64,000 nucleotides of DNA from an uncultured delta proteobacterium. Lineage in GTDB: Bacteria; Myxococcota_A; Polyangia; Polyangiales; Polyangiaceae. Position 1 is the stretch's first letter, and every line of letters starts with the position of its first letter. This document shows, one piece after another, positions 1 through 9,838 of this stretch. The stretch lies in NCBI GenBank assembly GCA_963841435.1, contig CAWJCS010000004.1:640001-704000 (forward strand), given 5' to 3'. The notes beneath the pieces are model-generated. The model was not told the origin of the DNA and did no database searches. It saw only the letters and a program-made list of their open reading frames with translations. A program made the translations under genes and the position numbers.

Positions 1-885
1 TCCGGGAGAAGCGGCGCCGGCGGCGAGGCCGGTTCGGCGGACGCCGGCGGCGGAGGACGCGGCGGCGCGCCAGGTGCGGGCGGTGCGGGTGCGGGTGCGG
101 CGAGCGGCGGTGCGGGGGCGAGCGCGGGCACGGCGGGTCTCGGCGCCGGCGGCGACGACGGGCTGCCGCCCGACGAAGAGATCCCGCCGGGCTACGTGAA
201 GGGCATCATCGGCGTCGGTTACGGCGGCATCCGCATTCTCTCGCGTGACGGCGGTAGCACGTGGGGTGAGCGCGTCTCGATCGCCGCGAGCGGCGGCGAC
301 GACGACAACCTCATCCGTGCCATTGCCTATGGCAAGGGCCGTTGGATCGCGACCGGCTGGAACCTGTGGACTTCGGACGATGGCCTCGCCTGGACGAGCC
401 ACGGCAAGCTCCACGATGGGTTCATCAGCGATCAGCAGATCATCGAAGGCCTGGCCTACGCCAGCGGCTACTTCTACGCCGCGGGTGATGGGAGCCCGAG
501 CCGCCTCTATCGTTCCGCGGACGGTCTCAGCTGGGAGCGATACGCTCAGATCGGCGATACCGTGAAGCACACGGGTTTGAAGATCCGCGACGGCGTGTTC
601 GTGTCGTTCGGTGACTCGCACACGAGCTATCAGTCGTCCGACGGGCTCAGCTGGACCGCGATGGGCATCGACGATGCGACCTTCTGCGAAGGGACGTGGA
701 AGAGCCTCGCCGATTGCCACGACGCCGCGTGGTTCGACGACGGCTTCTACCTGACGGTCGAGTGGGGTGGGGAGATTCGTCGCTCGACGAGCGGGCAAAA
801 CTTCCAGACCGTGTATCGCGACGACGAGGAGAACACGCTCTACAAGAGCTGCGCCGTCGCCGAGGGCTACGTCGCCGCGCTTTGA
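1..885 (+). CDS. 5'-truncated secreted protein: Gly-rich linker plus BNR/Asp-box beta-propeller-like domain
   Basis: Frame open from base 1 (SGRSGAGGEAGS...). Repeated SxDGxxW Asp-box motifs: SRDGGSTW, SDDGLAW, SADGLSW, SSDGLSW. Confidence 0.7.
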   Translation, partial: SGRSGAGGEAGSADAGGGGRGGAPGAGGAGAGAASGGAGASAGTAGLGAGGDDGLPPDEEIPPGYVKGIIGVGYGGIRILSRDGGSTWGERVSIAASGGDDDNLIRAIAYGKGRWIATGWNLWTSDDGLAWTSHGKLHDGFISDQQIIEGLAYASGYFYAAGDGSPSRLYRSADGLSWERYAQIGDTVKHTGLKIRDGVFVSFGDSHTSYQSSDGLSWTAMGIDDATFCEGTWKSLADCHDAAWFDDGFYLTVEWGGEIRRSTSGQNFQTVYRDDEENTLYKSCAVAEGYVAAL

Positions 886-944
886 GGGGCGAGCGTGGGC
901 GTTCGGTCGCTCGCGCGTGGCCACCCTGCTAGGGTACCGGGCCG

Positions 945-1877
945 ATGGCTCCCCCGCGTTTCGAGCCGCGCCGAGAGCTCGGACGAACCGGCTTTCGTGC
1001 GAGCGTGCTCGGCATCGGTGACCTCGCCGATCGGGCCGTGCCGTTCGAGGCTTCGGTTGCCACGCTCGTCCGAGCGCTCGACGCGGGGCTCAACGTCATC
1101 GACACGGCGCCGAGCTACGAGGATGGGCTCAGTGAAGAGCTCGTGGGCGCCGCTCTCCGTGGGCGCCGCGAGGGCGTCTTCCTCATCGACAAGGTCAACC
1201 TCTTCGACCAGCCCGTGATGCCGCAGGTCGAGGCGAGCATCGAACGCCTCGGGGGCGCGCACCCGGACGCCTTCGTGTTCCATGGCGTCTCGACGCCCGA
1301 AGCGTTCCGGGCGCTCGCCGCTCCCGGCGGTCCATTCGAGGAGCTCGCGCGTGTCGTGAGCCTCGGGCTCGCCCGTTTTCGCGGCGTCTCGTGCCACCAC
1401 CCCGAGGTCGCGCGCGAGGCGATCCTGTCCGGTCTGTGCGACGTGATCTTGTTCCCCGTGGGTCCGTTCGTCGACGACCGCTACGTCGACGAGACACTGC
1501 CGCTCGCGCGCGAGCGCCGCGTTGGCAGCGTGTGCTTCAAGACGTTCGGTGCCGGTAAGCTGCTCGGCGATACGGAGGGCTACGGTCGACCGTTCGCGCA
1601 TCGTCCGCGTGGCAAGCTGAGCTCGGGCGGCGAGGACACCGCCGTGCCGACGTTGCCGCGCCTCGGCGTCGAGGAGTGCGTGCGCTTCACGCTGAGCTGT
1701 GACCCCGACGTTGCCCTGCTCGGGCTGAGCTTTCCGAACGAGCAGGACGCGGCGTTCGCGGCAGCCCACGGAGCGTCTCCACTCGCGCGTGACGAGCTCC
1801 TCGCGTTGCGCGAGCGGGCGGTCGAAGCGATGCGTGACAAGGGCCCCGCGTGGTGGAATCCCGAACCGGGCGCTTGA
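945..1877 (+). CDS. aldo/keto reductase family oxidoreductase
   Basis: RELGRTGFRASVLGIG, ALDAGLNVIDTAPSY..SEELVG and RFRGVSCH motifs. Confidence 0.85.
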   Translation: MAPPRFEPRRELGRTGFRASVLGIGDLADRAVPFEASVATLVRALDAGLNVIDTAPSYEDGLSEELVGAALRGRREGVFLIDKVNLFDQPVMPQVEASIERLGGAHPDAFVFHGVSTPEAFRALAAPGGPFEELARVVSLGLARFRGVSCHHPEVAREAILSGLCDVILFPVGPFVDDRYVDETLPLARERRVGSVCFKTFGAGKLLGDTEGYGRPFAHRPRGKLSSGGEDTAVPTLPRLGVEECVRFTLSCDPDVALLGLSFPNEQDAAFAAAHGASPLARDELLALRERAVEAMRDKGPAWWNPEPGA

Positions 1878-3628
1878 GCAGCTGGTTGGGGAGCCCCCGC
1901 ATCGCGCTCGTGGCGCTCGGTGTCGGCCTCGGTGCGCTGTTCGTCGTCACGAGCCTGAGGCCGCTCCGCGATTTCGATTTGCCCTGGAACCTCGCCTCCG
2001 GGCGGCTCCTCGCAAGAACGCATGAAATCCCCCACGAGGACCGGCTCGCGTTCACCCACGGTGCCCTCAACTACGTCGAGGTGCTGTCGGATCTCGGATT
2101 CTACGCCATCGTGAGCGTGCTCGGTGAGCGGGGTCTCGCCTTCGTCGGCGGTCTCTCGGTGCTCGCGACGGTGCTCTTCGTGCGGGCGCGCCTGTTCGGC
2201 GACCGAACGCTCGGCTGGCTCGCCGCTTCACTCGTCGCGATGACGGCGTCGTCGTGGTTCGAGGTCCGCCCCGCGACTCTCTCTTTCCCGCTCGTTGCGC
2301 TCGTGCTCTTCGTGATCGACGGACACCGCCGCAAACCCGAGGAGCTGCGGCCGCTCGTCGCCCTCGTGCCGTTGTTCTTCGTGTGGGCGAACGTCCACGG
2401 GTACGTGGCGCTCGGTGTGGCCGTGCTCGCGGGCTATGCCGCGCACCGCGCGCTCGCGCGCCTCGCACGCGGTCGAGCCGGAGCGCTCCTGCCCCGTCGC
2501 GACGGCGCACGCGCGGGCGCCGTGGCCGGCATCGCGCTCGCGGCGGCTGCCGCTGCCTCGGTCAACACCGTGGGCCCCCGCCTGCTGCTCGGCCCGCTCC
2601 GGCTCGACGAGCGATTCTCGGGCATCAGTGAGTGGGCCCGGCCCACGCGCGAGTTCTTCCTCAACCACGAGCCGCTCGCCGCGGGGGTCATCGCGCTCGG
2701 GCTCGTGGCCTTCGTGCTCGGGCGCGAGCGGGACGGCAGCCGCGCGCCCGCGCTCTACGATCTCGGGCTCGTCATGCTCGGCATCTCGGGCGTGCTCTCG
2801 GTGGTGCGCCTGTTGCCGCTCGGGCTCATCCTGGTCGTACCGCTTGCCGTTCGCCGCATCGGCGCTCGCTTTCCTCCCGCGGCCGGGACGATCGTCCCGG
2901 CGAGCCTCCTGCCGCTCGTCGCGGCCGGTACGCTCGCGGTGCGCCTGCCGCTGTCTCTGCACGCGGGCTTCGACCCCACGTTCTTGCCCGTGAACGCCGC
3001 TCGCTTCGCTGGGCAGCACGAGCCCGTGGGCCCGCTCTACAATTTCTGGCCGTTCGGCGGCTACCTCGGCTGGGCGCTCGAGCGGCCCGTCTTCATGGAT
3101 GGGCGCAACCAGCTCGCTCGCGATGTGTCGCTGCTCGAGCAAGCCGAGCGGGCATCGACGAACGGCGGTGCCTTCGAGACGCTACGGCGGCGCTACGGAT
3201 TCGAGTGGGCGGTCACCGGAGCACGCGAAGGCGAGGTGCACGACGTTCCGCTGGCGAGCTCCGAGGATTTCACGCTCGTCTACCTCGACGATCTTGCCGC
3301 CGTGTACGTCCGGCGTGACGGCCCGAATCGTTCGCTCGCGGATGCCGGCTACCGGGTGCTGCGCCATCTCACGTCGTACGAGTGGGTGCTCGGAAACGCC
3401 GTGCAAGGCGGGGAGCTCGCCGTCGCACTGTCGCACGATGGTGCCCTTGCGGCGACGCAGGCCCCCCAAAGCGCCCGCGCGGCATTCTTCGACGCGTCCG
3501 GCGGGATCGCAGTCCGCGATCGGGCGCAGTTCGAGCGCGGCCGCCGGCATCTCGCCGCGCTGCGCCCGGGCCACGCCGCGCTCGGGCTACTGGACCGCCT
3601 GGCGCGCGCCGAAGGGCTTCGCCGGTGA
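1874..3628 (+). CDS. polytopic membrane protein, GT-C (PMT-like) glycosyltransferase-like
   Basis: Acidic loop DFDLPWNLASGR after TM1; WANVHG; C-terminal GGYLGW..VFMDGR; many TM segments. Start TTG 1874 overlaps the upstream stop (alternative GTG 1850). Confidence 0.6.
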   Translation: MSSWLGSPRIALVALGVGLGALFVVTSLRPLRDFDLPWNLASGRLLARTHEIPHEDRLAFTHGALNYVEVLSDLGFYAIVSVLGERGLAFVGGLSVLATVLFVRARLFGDRTLGWLAASLVAMTASSWFEVRPATLSFPLVALVLFVIDGHRRKPEELRPLVALVPLFFVWANVHGYVALGVAVLAGYAAHRALARLARGRAGALLPRRDGARAGAVAGIALAAAAAASVNTVGPRLLLGPLRLDERFSGISEWARPTREFFLNHEPLAAGVIALGLVAFVLGRERDGSRAPALYDLGLVMLGISGVLSVVRLLPLGLILVVPLAVRRIGARFPPAAGTIVPASLLPLVAAGTLAVRLPLSLHAGFDPTFLPVNAARFAGQHEPVGPLYNFWPFGGYLGWALERPVFMDGRNQLARDVSLLEQAERASTNGGAFETLRRRYGFEWAVTGAREGEVHDVPLASSEDFTLVYLDDLAAVYVRRDGPNRSLADAGYRVLRHLTSYEWVLGNAVQGGELAVALSHDGALAATQAPQSARAAFFDASGGIAVRDRAQFERGRRHLAALRPGHAALGLLDRLARAEGLRR

Positions 3629-5910
3629 GTCGAGGGTTGGCTCGCGCGCTACCGTATCTCGTAGCGCCACTGTCGGCGCTCGTGGTGTTGAGGAAGCTCG
3701 CGCTCGAGCGCGGCGTGCCCTTCAGCCCCTACTCCGATCTCATCGCGCAGTTTCTCTCCCTGAAGCTCGGGGCTCGCGCTGCGCTTTTGGGGGAGCATGC
3801 GATCCCAGCTTGGGACCCGGCGATGAACGCGGGCACACCGCTGCTCGCGAACCCCCAGTCGGGCCTGTTCAGCCCGCTCGAGTGGCCGTTCTGGTTGGCG
3901 CCACCCAACGTCGCAGCGAGTGTGCACGCCCTGCTCGCCGTCGCCGTCGCGGGCCTGACGATGCTGCTCTTCGCGCGCCGCGTGCTCGGGGGCCACCCGG
4001 CGGCCGTGCTTGCGAGCGTCACCTACGCCCTCTCGTTCCATCAGATCGCCGCGGTCTACACGGGCTGGACCCCGAACCTCTCGACGTACGCCTTGCTCCC
4101 GTTGCTTCCCTGGGCGGTGTGCTGGACCGTCGATGCGGCCGTGGCAGCTCCCGGCGCAACGCTCGTGCGCTCGCTGGCCCGCGCGCCCGTCGTGGCTCTC
4201 GTCGTCGCGCTGCTCTGCGTGCAGGGCGACATGCAGCAGGTTTACTATACGGGTCTCGGCTCGGGTGGCTACGCGCTCTGGTTGCTCTTTCGCGCGGAGC
4301 CATCCGCACGCCGGGCAGGGTCGGTCGCGCTCCTTTTTGGCGCGGTCTGCGGGCTCTTGCTTGCGGCGCCCGCGCTGCTCCCGCGCCTCGAGTACGCGCG
4401 CGAGAGCACGCGTACCCTCGAGGACTATGCCTTTTTCGTCAGCAGCGCGCCGCACGCACGCGAGCTCGCGCGGATCTTCGATCCACAGATGCTCGGCGGC
4501 TCGCGCCCCGAGTTTTGGGAGAAGAACTTCTACGTCGGCATCGCAGCCCTACCGCTCGTCGGCGTCGCGCTCGCCCGCGACCCGCGCCACGCAGGGATCT
4601 TGAGCGGGCTCGTGGCGCTCGCCGTCTTGCTTTCGTTCGACACGCCGCTGCTCCATGCCCTGCACGCCCTTTTGCCGGGGCTGTGGCTGTTCCGGCAGTC
4701 GTCGCGCCTGCTCGTCACGGCCGAGATCCCACTTTCGCTCGTCGCTGCGCTGGGTGCCCGCGCGCTGGTCGAGCCCGGGCCCGGGGCGCCGCCGCGCTTT
4801 CTCGGTGCTCTGCTCGGTGCGGGGGCGGTCGTCGCCTCGTTTGCCGTGGCTTCGACCGAGGCCTCGTCGCTCGCGCCTTTGTGGCTGATGACGCTGGGGG
4901 CGCTCGCGCTTCCGGCCGTGGCTCGCGTGCCGCGCGTCGCGGCGCTCGCAGCCCTCACGGTCCTCCCAGTGCTCGACGCGGAGTCGCGGTTCGCGCCGCT
5001 TTTCGAGGTGCGCCCGGCCGCGGAGGTGCTGACGCGTCCCGCCGAGCTCGACAAGCTCGCGCGCGGTCCCGACCGGGGGCGCACCCTCGCGGTCGGCCGC
5101 GCAGCGCTTCCTTACGGCATGGCGGGGCTCTTCGGCGTCGATCTCGTCAACGGCTACAGCGGCATCATGATCTCGCGCTTCGTCGAGTACATCGGCGTGA
5201 TGCAGTTCGGCGCGCCCGGTGGCGAGCGCGCCGCCCCGACGGTGTGGAACGACGTGAACGGCCTCGCGAACGCGGAGCTGTTGCGGGCGCTCGACGTGCG
5301 GCACGTGGTCACGACCCGCCGCCTCCCGCTCGAGGCCGCGGGCTTCGATCTGGCAGAGCACTTCGAGCGAGTACGCTCGTACGTCTTCTACCGGGGCATG
5401 CAGGCGCTGCCGCGCTACGTGTACGTTGCCCGCGAGCCGCTCGGCGCCGCCTACCTCGCGACGGAGATCCGCTCCGCACCCGACGACCCGAAGCGGCTAC
5501 TCGGCTTGCTCGCCGAGCTTCCGTCAGCACGCATCGCGTACGTGAGCGGCGTCGCGCCGGGGAACGGCCAGCGCTTCGACGCCCGCGGCAGCGTTCGTGA
5601 GCTTTCGCGCGGCGCCAATCGCTACGCGTACAACGTTAACGTGGGGTCCCGCTCGTTCGTGATCCTGAGCCAGATTGCGTATCCGGGCTGGTCGGCCACG
5701 CTCGACGGCGCGTTGATCCCGCTCGAGCGCGTCGATCACGCACTGCTCGGCTGCTTCGTTCCCCCGGGGCGCCATCGACTCGAGCTCTCGATGGGTGCGC
5801 CGGCCCTCGTGCTTGGCGGCGAGCTCGCGCTCGTGGGTCTCGTCCTTTTCGTGGCCGTCGCGTTGCTCGTGCCTACTGGCAAGTCGAAGCGAGCGAGCCG
5901 AGCGCGTTGA
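3625..5910 (+). CDS. YfhO-family membrane protein (GT-C fold)
   Basis: PAWDPAMNAGTPLLANPQ, FYVG and C-terminal YPGWSATLDG...VPPGRHRLEL motifs. GTG start overlaps the previous TGA. Confidence 0.75.
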   Translation: MSRGLARALPYLVAPLSALVVLRKLALERGVPFSPYSDLIAQFLSLKLGARAALLGEHAIPAWDPAMNAGTPLLANPQSGLFSPLEWPFWLAPPNVAASVHALLAVAVAGLTMLLFARRVLGGHPAAVLASVTYALSFHQIAAVYTGWTPNLSTYALLPLLPWAVCWTVDAAVAAPGATLVRSLARAPVVALVVALLCVQGDMQQVYYTGLGSGGYALWLLFRAEPSARRAGSVALLFGAVCGLLLAAPALLPRLEYARESTRTLEDYAFFVSSAPHARELARIFDPQMLGGSRPEFWEKNFYVGIAALPLVGVALARDPRHAGILSGLVALAVLLSFDTPLLHALHALLPGLWLFRQSSRLLVTAEIPLSLVAALGARALVEPGPGAPPRFLGALLGAGAVVASFAVASTEASSLAPLWLMTLGALALPAVARVPRVAALAALTVLPVLDAESRFAPLFEVRPAAEVLTRPAELDKLARGPDRGRTLAVGRAALPYGMAGLFGVDLVNGYSGIMISRFVEYIGVMQFGAPGGERAAPTVWNDVNGLANAELLRALDVRHVVTTRRLPLEAAGFDLAEHFERVRSYVFYRGMQALPRYVYVAREPLGAAYLATEIRSAPDDPKRLLGLLAELPSARIAYVSGVAPGNGQRFDARGSVRELSRGANRYAYNVNVGSRSFVILSQIAYPGWSATLDGALIPLERVDHALLGCFVPPGRHRLELSMGAPALVLGGELALVGLVLFVAVALLVPTGKSKRASRAR

Positions 5911-6233
5911 GTCGCACTTGGTAGGTCGAGTCGGCGGGCGGGCTCGTCACGTTCAAGGCGAACACGCCGTCGGCGATGCGCTGGTTCAGCGTGGTCGCCG
6001 TCTGATCGCTCCAGGAATCTGCCTGCTGGCTCGGCCCGAAGCTCGTGTTTGCACCGTCCCCTTGGGTATCGACGCAGGTGCTCCCACACGCGGAAAGGCC
6101 CTGCTCAGCCACCAGAGGCACGGCTTTCGTGCGCCTCGGGCACTATTCCTGCTGCAAAGACGGAAAATTGCGGGCGGGCTCGCCCTCCCGGCGGACGTTG
6201 TCCCTTGCGTGCGCTACTGTCGCCGACTCTCTC

Positions 6234-7238
6234 ATGAAGGACCTGCTTTCCCTCGGGGTCGACTTCGGGGGCACCAAGATCGAGGCCGTCGTCGTGGCTC
6301 GGCCCGATGACCGGAAAGATCCCCGGTCGGACGCCTTTCAAGTGCTCGCTCGGCGGCGCGCGCCGACTCACGCGGAGCTCGGCTACGAAGCCGTGATCGC
6401 TTCGACCATCGCCGTTGTTCGGGCGGTGGCCGATGAGGCGGGCGTCGATCCGAGGGCGCTGCCGATTGGCGTCGGCATGCCGGGCTCGGTCACGCGCGAG
6501 GACGGGCTCGTCAAGAATTCCAACACTGCCTGCCTCAACCAGCGCCCCTTCCGTCACGATCTCACGAACGCTCTCGGCGCTCGGGTCTTGTTCGAGAACG
6601 ACGCGAACTGTTTCGCTCTCGCGGAGGCGCGTTGTGGCGCGGCCCGCGTCCACGCCGACGGCATCGTTTTCGGCGTGATCATGGGCACCGGCGTGGGTGG
6701 GGGCGTCGTGGTCAACGGTCGGGTCTGGGGGGGGCCGCAGGGGCTCGGCGGCGAGTGGGGGCACCACGCGGTCGGCCCGTGGCGGCGGCCCGAGGACACA
6801 CGCGGCTCCGAAGTCGTGGGGGCGGCCCTCAGCGAGCGACCGCCGTGCAGCTGCGGGAAGATGGGGTGCGTGGAGCTTTACGCGAGCGGTGGCGGCATCG
6901 AACGCGAGTACGAGCGACGCACGAAGAGCGTGCTGAGGATGGCCCAGATCGTCGAGCGTCGCGCGAGCGATCCGGTCGCGGGCACGCTCGTCGGCGAAAT
7001 GCTCGAAGCGTTCGGGCGCGGCCTCGCCAACGTCATCGACATCCTCGACCCAACCGCCATCGTGCTCGGCGGCGGGCTCTCCAATCTCGACCTCTTGTAC
7101 GACGAGGGACGGGAGCGCGTGGCGCGCTACGTGTTCAACGACGAGCTACAGACGCCGATCCTGCGTCACGAGCTGGGTGATTCCGCCGGCGTGATCGGCG
7201 CGGCGCTCCTCGATGCCGTCGGTCCGTCAGGCGCTTGA
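6234..7238 (+). CDS. ROK family sugar kinase (fructokinase/Mak-like)
   Basis: GVDFGGTKIE, ENDANCFALAE, GTGVGGG, GEWGH, CSCGKMGCVE, VLGGGLSN. Confidence 0.9.
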   Translation: MKDLLSLGVDFGGTKIEAVVVARPDDRKDPRSDAFQVLARRRAPTHAELGYEAVIASTIAVVRAVADEAGVDPRALPIGVGMPGSVTREDGLVKNSNTACLNQRPFRHDLTNALGARVLFENDANCFALAEARCGAARVHADGIVFGVIMGTGVGGGVVVNGRVWGGPQGLGGEWGHHAVGPWRRPEDTRGSEVVGAALSERPPCSCGKMGCVELYASGGGIEREYERRTKSVLRMAQIVERRASDPVAGTLVGEMLEAFGRGLANVIDILDPTAIVLGGGLSNLDLLYDEGRERVARYVFNDELQTPILRHELGDSAGVIGAALLDAVGPSGA

Positions 7239-7244
7239 GCGCGC

Positions 7245-7730
7245 TCACATACGCTCGCCGAGGCGGCCCCAGCGTGACATGCGGGGCTCGCTGACGCGCG
7301 CCAGCGTGTGCGCGATGGCGGCCCAGGTCATGCCGTCGCCGCCGAGCGTCTGCTCCGCGGCCATGGCGTACGCGAGGTCGCCGAGGGTGATGATGCCTAC
7401 GAGGTGCTTGTGGTCGTCGACCACGGGAACGCGGCGGATCTTGTGCTGCTGCATGATTGCCTGCACGGTGGCCGGCGTGTCGCGCGGCGAGCAACACTTC
7501 ACGTCGCGCGCCATCGCGCTCGCGACACGCGATTCACCGAGCGCCACGCCCTGCAGGTGTGCGGCCATCGCCAGGTCGCGATCCGTGATGATGCCGATGA
7601 CCTTGCCATCTGCGTCGACGACGGGGACGGCGCCGCAATCGTTTTCCCACATGATCTGAGCGGCGGTGGCCAGGCTGTCGTCAACCGTGCAGGCGCGCAC
7701 GTCGCGCGTCATGATGTCCTCGATTCTCAC
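7245..7730 (-). CDS. CBS domain-pair protein
   Basis: Two CBS repeats (VPVVD..GIITDRD; VPVVD..GIITLGD). AAGGAG RBS before GTG 7730. Confidence 0.9.
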   Translation of the reverse strand: MRIEDIMTRDVRACTVDDSLATAAQIMWENDCGAVPVVDADGKVIGIITDRDLAMAAHLQGVALGESRVASAMARDVKCCSPRDTPATVQAIMQQHKIRRVPVVDDHKHLVGIITLGDLAYAMAAEQTLGGDGMTWAAIAHTLARVSEPRMSRWGRLGERM

Positions 7731-7839
7731 GGGCTGGGCTCCTTTTTCGGCGGGGCCGCGGACGACGTTTTCGAAACCGTCGGCGGGTTGCCAGTCTAGC
7801 AGAGAGCTTGCCGCCCTTGGCGTGGCATACTCCTCGGGC

Positions 7840-8658
7840 ATGGACTTTCGAGCCTATGCCGCTCAGCCAGACGACGAGCTCGACCTGCTCCAGGGGGCGC
7901 TCTTGATCGCCAGGGATGCGCGCGCCGGGCTCGACCCCGTCGCGATCGACACCGAGCTCGACGCACTCGCTTCACCGCTGCGAAAGCTTTGCGTCGCCAG
8001 CATGCCGGCTCCGCTCCAGGCCCAGACGCTCGGCGACCACCTCTTTGGTAAGGAGGGGTTCAGCGGCAACAAGAGCGACTACTATGACCCGCGCAATTCC
8101 TTTCTGGACGAGGTGCTTGCCCGCCGCACGGGCATCCCCGTTTCGCTGTCGGTGCTCTACGTCGAAGTAGCGCGCCGCGCGGGTGTCTGGGCGCGCCCCG
8201 TGGGGTTTCCGGGTCATTTCCTCGTGCGCGTCGACGACCACGATCGGCGGCTCGTCGTGGATCCGTTCCACGGCGGGACCACGCTCGACGAGGTCGACCT
8301 GGCGGACCTCTTGCGGCGCTCCGGCTCGAAGCTTCGCTACAGCTCCGAGATGATCGCCCCCACACCGATCCGGCACGTGGTGGCGCGAATCCTGATGAAT
8401 CTAAGGGGGATCTACGCGGCGCGCGGCGAGTACGCGAGGCTGATGCTCGTGCTCGACCACCTCATCGACCTTCTGCCGAGCGCCGACGAGGAGCTTCGGG
8501 ATCGCGGCTTCCTGCTCGGACGGCTCGGCGCGCCCGACGCGGCGGTCGCGGACCTTCGGCGCTACCTGGAGCTCTTGCCGCATGCCGGCGACGTGGCCGA
8601 GGTACGCCGCTGGATCGAGCGCTTCGAAAGCAAGTCGGAGCTCGCCGGGTCGAACTGA
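7840..8658 (+). CDS. SirB1-like transglutaminase-like domain + TPR protein
   Basis: YYDPRNSFLDEVLARRTGIPVSLS, VGFPGHFLVR, VDPF; C-terminal TPR (RDRG..A..DL..YL). Confidence 0.85.
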   Translation: MDFRAYAAQPDDELDLLQGALLIARDARAGLDPVAIDTELDALASPLRKLCVASMPAPLQAQTLGDHLFGKEGFSGNKSDYYDPRNSFLDEVLARRTGIPVSLSVLYVEVARRAGVWARPVGFPGHFLVRVDDHDRRLVVDPFHGGTTLDEVDLADLLRRSGSKLRYSSEMIAPTPIRHVVARILMNLRGIYAARGEYARLMLVLDHLIDLLPSADEELRDRGFLLGRLGAPDAAVADLRRYLELLPHAGDVAEVRRWIERFESKSELAGSN

Positions 8659-8677
8659 GTCGGCCCGAGGCGACGGG

Positions 8678-9004
8678 TCATTCGCCCGGACCGAGCCCAC
8701 CACCGGCGAGGTGGCAGGTGTAGTCGCCGAACAGGTAGTAGGCGCGCTGGCATTCCACGTCGGCCGAGGCGGACCGTGCCTTGCCCTTCTGGGTGAGGCT
8801 CACCTGAAAAGTGAACTTCTGCGAGAAGGGGGAGCGCTCCTCGCGCAGCTTCTGGAAGCTGCAGCCCTCGCGCCCGCACGCTGCTTGCTCGGCCAGCTTC
8901 ACGACGTCCGAATTGTCCCCGTACGTGTTGGCGAGCCCGAGGGCCGTGGCGGCCAGGCACGCCCCCATCACGGCGGCACGCCAAAACCCGCTCCGCTCGG
9001 CCAT
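8678..9004 (-). CDS. hypothetical exported protein (4 Cys)
   Basis: Signal-like N-terminus. ATG overlaps the upstream methyltransferase stop. Confidence 0.65.
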   Translation of the reverse strand: MAERSGFWRAAVMGACLAATALGLANTYGDNSDVVKLAEQAACGREGCSFQKLREERSPFSQKFTFQVSLTQKGKARSASADVECQRAYYLFGDYTCHLAGGGLGPGE

Positions 9005-9597
9005 CAGCCCGCCATCTCGAGCTCGAAAAACGGAGGCGGCCGGTCCTTCACCCACCAGAGGCCCGCTCCCACGCTGACCAGGTGCTTGCTGAGGATCCCG
9101 CGGTAGTAAGAACCGTTGCGCACGAAGATGTCCGTGTCGGTACGCGTCGTGTCGCAACGCTCGCGCAGATCCTGACGCGTCGTCACTTCCACGTAGACGA
9201 GCCCGCGCGACATGGCGGCGATGTTCGCCACCGCGGGCGCGACGTCCGGATCCGGCAAGTACTGGAGCACGCCGTGGCACACGATGAGGTCGTGCTTCTT
9301 GCGATCGCGCCAGCGCGCGATGTCGCGGTGCATGTAGCCGTGCTTCTTGCACATCACCTGGCTCACTTCGGTGCCTACGTACTGGACACCCTTCTGGTGC
9401 TTCTCGATCCAGTGCTTCCAGAGACCGATCCCCGCACCCACGTCGAGCACGCTCTTCATCTCGAGCTTGTTGTAACGAGCGAACGCAAACACGAACTCCG
9501 CGAGGTTTGCGTGCTCTTCCGGGGACGTGACCCGCGTCTGCGCGGACTCGTAAAACCGGTGATAATAGGCTTCGTCGAAGCGGCGAAACCGATCCAT
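9004..9597 (-). CDS. class I SAM-dependent methyltransferase
   Basis: VLDVGAGIG motif I; DLIVCHGVLQYL. Confidence 0.85.
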   Translation of the reverse strand: MDRFRRFDEAYYHRFYESAQTRVTSPEEHANLAEFVFAFARYNKLEMKSVLDVGAGIGLWKHWIEKHQKGVQYVGTEVSQVMCKKHGYMHRDIARWRDRKKHDLIVCHGVLQYLPDPDVAPAVANIAAMSRGLVYVEVTTRQDLRERCDTTRTDTDIFVRNGSYYRGILSKHLVSVGAGLWWVKDRPPPFFELEMAG

Positions 9598-9838
9598 AGC
9601 GAGCTAGTCTAGTCTTGGCGGAACCGTTCTGCGATGCGATTTGCGCTCTCGCCGTACGGCTGGTCGTCCGACCCCGGAGCCCACCGGCCGAGGGCCCTCG
9701 CAGCGTCACGCCGATCGGCCGCTCGCCCGGCGCTCTTTCGCCCGGAAATGAGCGAATTTGTCCCGGACCGGCCCGCTAGCTCTGGTCACGAGCCGGACCG
9801 TCGACTAGACCAAGGCGTTCGAAGGAGCATCCTCTAGC

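Noticed and set aside
9598-9838. SAH or SAM riboswitch upstream of ahcY
   Set aside because: I could not find the SAH riboswitch core (GAGGAGCG...CAGGC...CGCUC) or SAM-type motifs. An Rfam scan would settle it.
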